NCBI GenBank assembly: GCA_965369865.1
Contig: CBDURU010000102.1
Span: 1-12,770, forward strand
Source of the DNA: an uncultured bacterium
Lineage (GTDB): Bacteria; JAJVIF01; JAPKYR01
DNA length: 12,770 bases
Reading direction: 5' to 3'
A model generated the notes under the pieces. That model was given only the letters and a program-made list of their open reading frames with translations. It was not told the DNA's origin and did no database searches. Positions 1 through 7,368 of this stretch are shown piece by piece. The position numbers and the translations under genes are program-made. Every line of letters starts with the position of its first letter. The stretch's first letter is position 1.

Positions 1-772
1 TTCCCGTGCTGTCGATCTGGACATCCTCATTTGTAAAATACCCATGACCCCAATCTAAAGTCCAGCCTCTTGGTATCGTTTCTGTAACAAGGAAATTTTC
101 ATTACTGTCAGAATTCGGAATAACAGCGCTGTCACGGCATCGCACGCCGAAATGGTAGTCGATATTTGAAAACAGGTCTGTAAAAGTATATGGATCGTTT
201 GTCGTGAAAACCATCGGCTCCTGATCCCACGGTTCATCGTCCTCATCAATATAAACCAGGTATTCAACCGGGGGTGACACAGCGTCGGTCGCCGTTCCCC
301 ATTCAACTGTCACAGAACCCTCCCCTGGAACGACAGTCACCACCCCAATCGTGTCGTCCCACACCGGCGGTGTTGTATCCAGAGTAGCTGACATCACCAC
401 ATCATTTTTCTCAACATTCGGCGGATCGGCACTGTCCCTGGATCGCACACCACACCAGTATTCCGTGCCATTGTCGAGATCCATGAATACATGTGGATCG
501 TTTGTCGGTTTAATAACAGGTGACGTGTCCCACGGATCGTCATCCTCATCGATGTAAACGAGATACTCAACCGGCGGAGTCATTGCGTCAGTCGCTGTAC
601 CCCAGATCACTGTGACCAAATTTTCTCCCGGCACCACACTCGTGACGCCAGTGGTTGTGTCCCATACAGGCGGCATGTAATCACCTGGCGCGACAGGACC
701 ACCACCTCCCGCACAGTTTACAAGCAGCAAAGCAGTAATTATCAGTGAAACACTAAGCCGGAATCCTTTCAT
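1..772 (-). CDS. Putative surface lipoprotein with two tandem FN3-like PPVW modules, possibly followed by a beta-propeller; 3' end lies outside the window
   Basis: Manual translation from ATG at 772 (GGAGCAGGA upstream) stays open for 257 codons to the edge: MKGFRLSVSLIITALLLVNCAGGGGPVAPGDYMPPVWDTTTGV...GWTLDWGHGYFTNEDVQIDSTG. Basic N-terminus, hydrophobic stretch and Cys20 (LVNC, a non-canonical lipobox). Absent from the ORF track because there is no stop codon in the window. Confidence 0.88.
   Translation of the reverse strand, partial: MKGFRLSVSLIITALLLVNCAGGGGPVAPGDYMPPVWDTTTGVTSVVPGENLVTVIWGTATDAMTPPVEYLVYIDEDDDPWDTSPVIKPTNDPHVFMDLDNGTEYWCGVRSRDSADPPNVEKNDVVMSATLDTTPPVWDDTIGVVTVVPGEGSVTVEWGTATDAVSPPVEYLVYIDEDDEPWDQEPMVFTTNDPYTFTDLFSNIDYHFGVRCRDSAVIPNSDSNENFLVTETIPRGWTLDWGHGYFTNEDVQIDSTG
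77..682 (-). repeat. Intragenic tandem duplication of a 101-codon module (380-682 and ~77-379)
   Basis: DYMPPVWDTTTGVTSVVPGENLVTVIWGTATDAMTPPVEYLVYIDEDDDPWD... aligns without gaps to DTTPPVWDDTIGVVTVVPGEGSVTVEWGTATDAVSPPVEYLVYIDEDDEPWD...; both contain TNDP and GVRxRDSA. Confidence 0.9.
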
Positions 773-867
773 CGTCCTGCTCCAATTATTCAATGTATTA
801 TGAATTAATTATACATCAAGATTCCTTAAACCCAAACAAGCAAAATCCTTTATGGAGAGGGGTACCG

Positions 868-895
868 TTGACAAGCAAAGTGAGACAGTTACACT
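868..895 (+). promoter_or_regulatory. Candidate sigma70 promoter for the VIT-vWA gene
   Basis: TTGACA (868-873), 16-nt spacer, TACACT (890-895). Confidence 0.45.
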
Positions 896-990
896 CGCAT
901 GCCTCGAAAATCTCCGGGTCGAACATGCTTGCCGACGTAAGTTAATTCTAGATACCACATAAATCTTTTATTGTCATCCGAAAGTTTTCC

Positions 991-1018
991 GAACCTTTTA
1001 TCTCGTGGTAAACTCTAA
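991..1018 (+). promoter_or_regulatory. Candidate ECF (sigmaE-like) promoter for the VIT-vWA gene
   Basis: GAACCT (991-996), 17 nt, TCTAA (1014-1018), ending 46 nt upstream of ATG 1065; resembles the GAACTT..TCTAA sigmaE consensus. Confidence 0.35.
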
Positions 1019-1064
1019 CTGTTGGCTAACTTCAACTAGGGCAAATTCTCCGGGAGGACCGAAC

Positions 1065-3287
1065 ATGAAAAGTCACCTGACCGTCCCTGTTTTTATCTTA
1101 CTTACTCTCACATTCTTTTTCGGCACAACTACAACAGCATTCGCGCAGGGGATCATTATTGAACCTGGCCGTATTATCGACTGGATTCCCCCTCAACCTA
1201 TCGGACCGTGGGAAGTGCAACCCATGACTCTCGAAAGGGAGAGCATTCAGATCGACCTTGACGATCAATTCGCGCACGTAAGGATCACACAGGTCTTCAA
1301 GAACAACACCGGTATCGATCTTGAGGGCCAGTACATTTTTCCGCTGCCTCCTGGAGCCGATATCTCGGATTTCGATCTCTGGTTGGACGGAAGGCAGCTC
1401 GCGTCGGAAACTCTTCCCGCTGACCAGGCCGCCCAGATTTACCACCAGATTGTAGCTTCTATGCGCGACCCGGGCCTCTTAGAATACATGGGCGACGGGT
1501 TAATCAAGGCTTGGATCTATCCGATCCCCGCCTACGGCACAAAGCAGGTCGATTTGGAATACGACTGGTTGATACCGATCGACAGCGGGCTTCTTGAGAT
1601 CCAAATGCCGCTGAAAATCGACGGGTATTCGATCGACAGGATCGACACGCTTGGAATTACGGTTAATATCGATTCGCCTGACACGCTCGGCACAATTTAT
1701 TCACCCACCCACGATGTTCTGGTCGAACATCACGGTGAATACAGAGCGACCGTAAGTATTGAGAAATCCGCTCATCGCCCGGAAGGGGATTTTGTGCTGT
1801 ATATTTCCCGTCCTCAGGCGGCTGTTGGGGTCAACATGCTCACCCATTCGACCGGCTCGGATGAAGGATATTTCCTCACTATGATCGCGCCTGAATACAA
1901 GGAAACCGGGGAGATTATCCCAAAGGATTTCGTCTGTGTGCTGGATACATCGGGAAGCATGTCCGGAGGAAAGATCGAACAGGCCAAGGAAGCGCTCGAT
2001 TTCATTTTCCGGAACCTGAACGATGATGACCGTTTCCAGTTGATCACTTTCGCGACCGACATTTACCCGTACTACAACGGCTGGTCGGACGCTTCGAGCA
2101 GGAATATTTCCGACGTCAGGGAATTCATTGGGGGCATCAGCGCAGGGGGGAGTACGAACATAAACGGCGCGCTCGGCGAGGCCCTTGACTACGAAGCCGG
2201 GCGAAATCGCCCGATGTACGTCATTTTCCTGACCGACGGGCTTCCGACTGTCGGTGAAACGAATACCGCCAGGATCATTGAAAACACAAATGCGATCAAT
2301 TCCGAAGTCAACGGCAGGATATTCTGTTTCGGTGTCGGCGACGATGTCGATTACCAGTTCATCGACCGCCTGTCCAGGGAAAATGGCGGCTACACAGAAA
2401 GCGTCGGGCCGAATGAAAACATGGAACAGCCGTTGTCGGATTTCTACGCCAAGATCAAATCCCCGGTAATGACAGGGATCGAGGTCGAGATCAACGGAAC
2501 GCGAATTTACGATATGCTCCCGACCGACCTTCCCGACCTGTTCCTTGGAAGCCAGCTTATTCTTGCCGGACGGTTTGTCGGTACCGGAAGGGGCGAGATC
2601 GTTCTTTCCGGCACTGTCGGGGATGAAGCGCGGAGTTTTACATACCAGGTCGAATTCACCGACGACCGCGATAATGATTTCATTCCACGGCACTGGGCGA
2701 CTCGAAGGGTCGGATACCTTCTGAATCAGATTCGGCTTTATGGTGAAAACCAGGAAGTTGTGGACGAGATTGTAGAGCTGGCCACCCGCCATGGAATCAT
2801 AACGCCCTACACAAGCATGCTTGTCACCGAAGATGAGACGTATGCTCCCTTCTTGGGGCAATTAGAACGTGAAGCGTTCAGACCACTGGGTACTCCTAAT
2901 GACAGCACCTCTGGTTCACTTGGTGGCGGTGGCCGGGGCGGTGGATTTGATGCCAATGCCGCAGAGCCTTCAATCGATTCCCGGTTGATGAGTGGTGAAT
3001 TATCCGACATGGAAGAAGAGGGAATAGTCGACCTTCATGATAGCCTTGAGGGCACTGTCGAATACGCTGGTGATAAGACCTTCTACATGAACGCCGATGG
3101 ATACTGGGTCGACAGCATTTACGATGAGGAAACGATGGACGATCCGATCCTTATCGAGTACCTGTCCGACGAGTATTTCGATCTGATTATGGATGAACCG
3201 GATATCGCTGAGTACCTCGCGGTCGGGGAGTATGTAATTGTTGTATTTGAGGACACGGTCTACCAGATCGACCCGGAAGTAGAATAG
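1065..3287 (+). CDS. Secreted VIT + von Willebrand factor A domain protein (inter-alpha-trypsin inhibitor heavy chain-like), ~740 aa
   Basis: Start moved from 1005 to ATG 1065, which has GGAGG at 1053-1057. Signal peptide MKSHLTVPVFILLTLTFFFGTTTTAFA. VIT motifs (AHVRITQVFKN, EGQYIFPLPPGADISDF, DPGLLEY). Intact MIDAS (VLDTSGSM, GGSTNI, FLTDG). C-terminal GIITPYTSMLV. Confidence 0.9.
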   Translation: MKSHLTVPVFILLTLTFFFGTTTTAFAQGIIIEPGRIIDWIPPQPIGPWEVQPMTLERESIQIDLDDQFAHVRITQVFKNNTGIDLEGQYIFPLPPGADISDFDLWLDGRQLASETLPADQAAQIYHQIVASMRDPGLLEYMGDGLIKAWIYPIPAYGTKQVDLEYDWLIPIDSGLLEIQMPLKIDGYSIDRIDTLGITVNIDSPDTLGTIYSPTHDVLVEHHGEYRATVSIEKSAHRPEGDFVLYISRPQAAVGVNMLTHSTGSDEGYFLTMIAPEYKETGEIIPKDFVCVLDTSGSMSGGKIEQAKEALDFIFRNLNDDDRFQLITFATDIYPYYNGWSDASSRNISDVREFIGGISAGGSTNINGALGEALDYEAGRNRPMYVIFLTDGLPTVGETNTARIIENTNAINSEVNGRIFCFGVGDDVDYQFIDRLSRENGGYTESVGPNENMEQPLSDFYAKIKSPVMTGIEVEINGTRIYDMLPTDLPDLFLGSQLILAGRFVGTGRGEIVLSGTVGDEARSFTYQVEFTDDRDNDFIPRHWATRRVGYLLNQIRLYGENQEVVDEIVELATRHGIITPYTSMLVTEDETYAPFLGQLEREAFRPLGTPNDSTSGSLGGGGRGGGFDANAAEPSIDSRLMSGELSDMEEEGIVDLHDSLEGTVEYAGDKTFYMNADGYWVDSIYDEETMDDPILIEYLSDEYFDLIMDEPDIAEYLAVGEYVIVVFEDTVYQIDPEVE

Positions 3288-3324
3288 AAAGTAGAATAGA
3301 AAGTAGAATAGAAAGTAGAATAGA
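3277..3324 (+). repeat. Tandem repeat, 4 x AAGTAGAATAGA, spanning the VIT-vWA stop codon
   Basis: Exact 12-mers start at 3277, 3289, 3301 and 3313; each contains an in-frame TAG. Confidence 0.95.
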
Positions 3325-3354
3325 ATTTTTATTAATCAGCGTGTATAAATCAAA

Positions 3355-3390
3355 CTAATTAAGACATTCTTGCTAATTAAGATATTCTTG
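3355..3390. repeat. Tandem 18-bp duplication
   Basis: CTAATTAAGACATTCTTG followed by CTAATTAAGATATTCTTG (1 mismatch). Confidence 0.85.
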
Positions 3391-3392
3391 CG

Positions 3393-3423
3393 ACCCCACC
3401 GTTTATCGGCGGGGTTTTTGTTT
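3393..3423 (+). terminator. Probable intrinsic terminator of the VIT-vWA gene
   Basis: Stem-loop ACCCCACCG-TTTAT-CGGCGGGGT (one A-C mismatch) followed by TTTTGTTT. Confidence 0.65.
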
Positions 3424-3447
3424 GCACCAACCGCTTCCAGCAACACT

Positions 3448-3488
3448 GGGGAATAGTACGGATCAGGGGAATAGTACGGATCAGGGGA
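3448..3488. repeat. Tandem 18-bp duplication (2.3 copies)
   Basis: GGGGAATAGTACGGATCA at 3448 and 3466, then GGGGA. Confidence 0.9.
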
Positions 3489-3564
3489 CTGGCAAACGAT
3501 TTTGCCGTCATGTATACCTTGACTTTACCTGTGTGATACCCGGCAAAATCGGGTGCCTGTCCCC
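3484..3564. repeat. 81-bp REP-like palindrome with 24-bp arms between convergent genes
   Basis: GGGGACTGGCAAACGATTTTGCCG (3484-3507) matches the reverse complement of CGGCAAAATCGGGTGCCTGTCCCC (3541-3564) at 21 of 24 positions. Confidence 0.75.
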
Positions 3565-3617
3565 GGTCTTCACTAATAATGAATCTAAAACAAACGTGCT
3601 TGTCGACGAAATTCAAA

Positions 3618-6600
3618 TCAGAGTATCACATGCAGACCGCTATCGGATGCAAGGTATATAATCCCACCATCATTGGCGATTCCATGGCAGTTAGCCATCT
3701 CGAGATGACCGACTAACTCCTGGTCGTCCGGAATGCTGACATCGTAAACGAATAAGCCGTTATCCTCGGTGAGGATGATTACGTAATCATCATACACAAG
3801 GGATTCAGCGAAACTACCAAGCTGTATATTATTGTTATTAACAAAGGGTGGGTAAACCGGATCCAGGCCAAGATCGTACGTGCGTGTCCAGCCGACAAAA
3901 TTGATTGGATGGATAAGGCCATTCCCGATACAGACGCCCCGGGTTGAAGCGGAAGAGGAAAAATCATTCAGCCATGTCGGGTCACCGGGATCGGTTATAT
4001 CGTAAACCCTGACGCCATCAAAATGCTGTGCGAAATAAAGGTAGCTGCCTTCTATAACCATTTCACCCTTAGCACCTACCTCCTGCTCGAAGTAACCGCT
4101 GTAGGTCGGGTTGTATGGATCGGAAATACCCAGTACGTGCAATTTGTCGGGGTTGGATTCAGTGACATAGAGCCAGTCACTATTTACGAGCAGGGTTACA
4201 GGATCTATATCCTCATCGATATACGTTGACAGGGGACTGCCGGCATCGGAAAAATCTATAATCGTCAGATCGGTTGAACTTCCCACAAAAGCAAAATTGC
4301 CCTGCAAATCGATTTTCCGGTAGCCTGAAGTGCCCGACCAGAAGCCGGCTTCAACTGGGTTCATGGGGGCGGTGCGGTCATACGCCCTTACACCGGACAG
4401 TAGTTCCGCGGTCACGAGCAGATCGCCGTCGAAGGCTACATCGTACGATGGGTACGGAATAGTCATATATATGAGAGGATCTGTCGGAATGCCGCCGATG
4501 TCCGGGACGACACTTAACATCACAATATTTTCATCTTCATTACCGACCTGGTCCTCCGCGCGGATGACAAAGTACCAATCCTTTTCCCACATCAGTTGGG
4601 TGACTGTATATTGAAACTCATAAACGGAGCCTGGATCAACCTCGGCGTCCATGATTGCCGAAGCTGTCCCGAAATCGAATGGAAGTGTGTCTGTGTAGTA
4701 GATGTTATATTTGACCGGAGGCGTTTGTTCATCAATTGCAGAATTGAATTCCAGGATTCCCGAACCCGGACCGGGGTTTGCGGACTGTACTCCGACTGTC
4801 GACTCCCAGACCGGGGGATCGGTATCTGTACCGATAGTGACAACATCGCTTGAGATTGGAAACTGGTCATATGCCACAGCGGTACCTGCCGAAACGGTAA
4901 TGTCCTTGTACTTATCCAGGATCAACTGGATCGTGGTATTGTCCGGGGAATTTGAGATATCCGCGGTAACAAATATCGTCCACGGTTCCTGCCATGTAAA
5001 GTGTTTATTAAGGCCTTTGAAATAGGCGGCGTTGATCCCGGGAGGAATTTCATTAGCGATCAGCAGATCGCCAGGACCAAATTCCCCGTTTGCGTTCGTG
5101 TCCTCATATAAATTTATACGGGTCAGGTTCGTATTGTTGACCGTTCCCGCCTTCATGATTCTTAATTCCGAAATTGTCGTTGAGTGTCCAACAGAGAAGT
5201 CGAGTTTCAGGAACGGCAGATTATCCCCCTGCTGGTGAATGAAGGGGAAGGCAATGCTCTCTCCGGTTACAGTCAGATCATTAACCGCGTTGTTTATTAA
5301 AAGCCCATAGGTTGTTGAATTGCCGGGACCGGCGGATGTAACCCGGATGTAATACTGTTCTCCCTGGTTGACGCCTAACTCGAGGATTTCGAAACTGTTA
5401 TTTGCATTATTCTCCGTTGCCTTTTCAGCAATTGGAGTGATTCCATAGGGGGAATCATATACCGCTATGTCCAGATCTTCACCACGTGTGAAAATTTGCA
5501 GATCGAGAGCAAGAAGTCCGGAAACTCCGGCGATGAATTTATAACGGTCTTCAATATCATGGTATGGGTTGCCGGGCCAGTCATGGATTGTGTCGTACAC
5601 TTCATCCTGGGGAGCCTCCAGCGGAACGTAACCATTGCTGTCTTCCTCGTCGGTGAATCGGTCGGATCCGTATATTGCCCTCACCGCGTTTACCCGTCCC
5701 ATGCCTGTCTGAATATCGCGCCCGGGAATATCCACATCGTCCGCTGTCAACATAAGCCGCTTAATGGATTCCGTGTTGGATTCAAGCGGGAACACGGTCC
5801 TGATCAAAGCCATGACACCCGCAGCCATCGGACAAGCGGCTGAAGTTCCGCCGAAAAAGTCAGGGTAACCCCATCCGTTCCAATAGGATGTGTTGGATCC
5901 GCCATATGTGGTTGTGTACTTCTCCCCGAATCCCATCACTGTCAGCAGGGCGCCATAATTCGAACCCCAGTAATAACCGTCCTCGTACGCTTGAATGCGT
6001 TTCTCGTTAATCGGATAATTGTTGTTGTTCCACGGAATGGTCGCGCCGATAGCCATTACCTCGGGGTAAGATGCCGGCCACTTGGGACTGATGTTGTTGC
6101 TGTTCCCAGCGGATGCCATCAGGATTATACCGTTCCCAGCATCATATGCATCGACAATTGCAGCTTCAAGAATTTCCGAATAAAAATTTATTCCGAATGA
6201 CATACTCGCGATATCGGCACCATTGACTGATGCATAATAGAGGGCCAGAATGGCGGTCGATACAACACCGCCCCCGTCGTTCAGGTTGATCTTCAGTGCC
6301 ATTATTCTGACACCAGGGGCGATTCCCGAGAGGCCCTTGTTGTTATCCTGGGTTGCGGCCACAATGCCGCTGCATGCTGTCCCATGGTAGCTCGCGTATG
6401 AGCCGTCGTCCCAGGGGTAGTTGTTATTGTACCAGCAGTCCCATCCCCAGGTATCGTCTATCCAGCCATTTTCGTCATCATCGATACTATTGTCCGGTAT
6501 CTCGTCTTCATTTATCCAGACATTGGCTGTAAGGTCTTCGTGGTCTTTTCGAACACCCGTGTCAAGGACCGCAACTACCACGTCCGATGACCCGATTGTG

Positions 6601-7154
6601 TCGTTCCAGACAATATTCGCGCCGACCATGGCAGGCGCCCATTGATCGTAAACACTGTCCATTGGATCGGTCGGGTCGTTCGCTCCTGCGTACATCGGGT
6701 CGTTCGGGAAGTATGGGGCGTCGTCGAAATATAAAATGTAATTGGGTTCCGCGTATTTTATATCGGCATCGAGCTGAAGCTGTGAAACCATCTCCTCGAC
6801 TGTCGTGCTGTCGGTAATTTTTACCCGGTACACCGATCCCCAGCCGAGATCGATTCTCTCGATCAGCCTCAGTGGCAAGTCGTTCTGGAGAGATGCTGAG
6901 AGAGTTTCGGTTGGTGCTTCAAAAACAACCAGCACTTCGCCATCCAGGTATTCTTCGTTCCGAGGACCGGAAATATTGGGACCCGGATGGAATTCATTGT
7001 CCGACGTGTTACCATCCGGGCTGCCTGAATTCATTTCAAGGTCGGGGGATACCGAAGCACCCTTACCATTGCATCCAGTGACCAGGAATACCATCGTGAT
7101 GATACCTGCCGCTGCGATTATAAATCTGGTGTAAAAGCGAGTACCTATAATCAA
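3618..7154 (-). CDS. Multidomain S8 (subtilisin-family) serine protease lipoprotein: prodomain, S8, PPC-like domain, Ig-like domain, FN3-like PPVW module, LVIVD-type propeller
   Basis: Catalytic motifs VAVLDTGV, YHGTACSGIVAA, ASAGN, GGTSAACPMAAG. Prodomain GEVLVVF..YAEPNY. Lipobox LVTGC. C-terminal repeats LTIIDFSD, VRVYDITDP, LFVYDVSIP. TTG 7154 is preferred as start: GGAGG lies 7 nt upstream, and the ORF-track start at 7229 overlaps a -10 box. Confidence 0.9.
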   Translation of the reverse strand: MIIGTRFYTRFIIAAAGIITMVFLVTGCNGKGASVSPDLEMNSGSPDGNTSDNEFHPGPNISGPRNEEYLDGEVLVVFEAPTETLSASLQNDLPLRLIERIDLGWGSVYRVKITDSTTVEEMVSQLQLDADIKYAEPNYILYFDDAPYFPNDPMYAGANDPTDPMDSVYDQWAPAMVGANIVWNDTIGSSDVVVAVLDTGVRKDHEDLTANVWINEDEIPDNSIDDDENGWIDDTWGWDCWYNNNYPWDDGSYASYHGTACSGIVAATQDNNKGLSGIAPGVRIMALKINLNDGGGVVSTAILALYYASVNGADIASMSFGINFYSEILEAAIVDAYDAGNGIILMASAGNSNNISPKWPASYPEVMAIGATIPWNNNNYPINEKRIQAYEDGYYWGSNYGALLTVMGFGEKYTTTYGGSNTSYWNGWGYPDFFGGTSAACPMAAGVMALIRTVFPLESNTESIKRLMLTADDVDIPGRDIQTGMGRVNAVRAIYGSDRFTDEEDSNGYVPLEAPQDEVYDTIHDWPGNPYHDIEDRYKFIAGVSGLLALDLQIFTRGEDLDIAVYDSPYGITPIAEKATENNANNSFEILELGVNQGEQYYIRVTSAGPGNSTTYGLLINNAVNDLTVTGESIAFPFIHQQGDNLPFLKLDFSVGHSTTISELRIMKAGTVNNTNLTRINLYEDTNANGEFGPGDLLIANEIPPGINAAYFKGLNKHFTWQEPWTIFVTADISNSPDNTTIQLILDKYKDITVSAGTAVAYDQFPISSDVVTIGTDTDPPVWESTVGVQSANPGPGSGILEFNSAIDEQTPPVKYNIYYTDTLPFDFGTASAIMDAEVDPGSVYEFQYTVTQLMWEKDWYFVIRAEDQVGNEDENIVMLSVVPDIGGIPTDPLIYMTIPYPSYDVAFDGDLLVTAELLSGVRAYDRTAPMNPVEAGFWSGTSGYRKIDLQGNFAFVGSSTDLTIIDFSDAGSPLSTYIDEDIDPVTLLVNSDWLYVTESNPDKLHVLGISDPYNPTYSGYFEQEVGAKGEMVIEGSYLYFAQHFDGVRVYDITDPGDPTWLNDFSSSASTRGVCIGNGLIHPINFVGWTRTYDLGLDPVYPPFVNNNNIQLGSFAESLVYDDYVIILTEDNGLFVYDVSIPDDQELVGHLEMANCHGIANDGGIIYLASDSGLHVIL

Positions 7155-7228
7155 AATAATTCCTCCAGAAGGAAAACGGTACCGGGAGATTCCCGGTGGT
7201 AAAACCGTCGGAGAAAACGGTAATCTCA

Positions 7229-7257
7229 ATTATACTAGTAAAATCTGGAAATGTGAA
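7229..7257 (-). promoter_or_regulatory. Candidate sigma70 promoter of the S8 protease gene
   Basis: TTCACA (7257-7252), 17 nt, TATAAT (7234-7229) on the minus strand. Confidence 0.6.
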
Positions 7258-7274
7258 TTCGTGAGGGGAAAATC

Positions 7275-7340
7275 TGGTCGGGCAGCCGAGATTTGAACTC
7301 GGGACCCCTAGCCCCCCATGCTAGTGCGCTACCGGACTGC
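7275..7340 (-). pseudogene. Truncated tRNA-Pro(GGG) copy (3' 66 nt), att-like direct repeat
   Basis: Identical to 9442-9507; with 6 extra nt beyond the CCA the repeat is 72 bp (7269-7340 = 9436-9507). Lacks the first 11 nt of the tRNA, so the acceptor stem cannot form. Confidence 0.93.
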
Positions 7341-7368
7341 TGTGCTCACTGATGGAAATGGAGTTGGC

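Noticed and set aside
55..557. ORF-track entries 55..306 (-) and 351..557 (+)
   Set aside because: They overlap the real lipoprotein gene in another frame or strand.
1701..2861. 386-aa minus-strand ORF (also 1098-1445, 1814-2062, 2807-3010)
   Set aside because: Antisense shadow of the VIT-vWA gene with no recognisable motifs.
3285..3335. Amber recoding or read-through suggested by the repeated in-frame TAG
   Set aside because: rplI, rpsR and ssb all end in TAG at expected positions, so TAG is a normal stop here.
3277..3488. CRISPR array
   Set aside because: Repeats are adjacent with no spacers, the units differ, and no cas genes are present.
3377..3661. Two 79-aa ORFs in the convergent spacer
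   Set aside because: They translate repeat and palindrome DNA (e.g. PLIRTIPLIRTIP) and have no convincing RBS.
3779..7134. Many short ORFs overlapping the S8 protease
   Set aside because: Alternative-frame or antisense shadows of a well-supported gene.
7240..7248. AAAATCTGG, a third short copy of the att end
   Set aside because: Only 9 bp and within the protease promoter spacer; could be an older scar but cannot be told from chance.
7275..7351. Second functional tRNA-Pro
   Set aside because: The 11 nt replacing the 5' end (CAGTGAGCACA) cannot rebuild the 7-bp acceptor stem in register.
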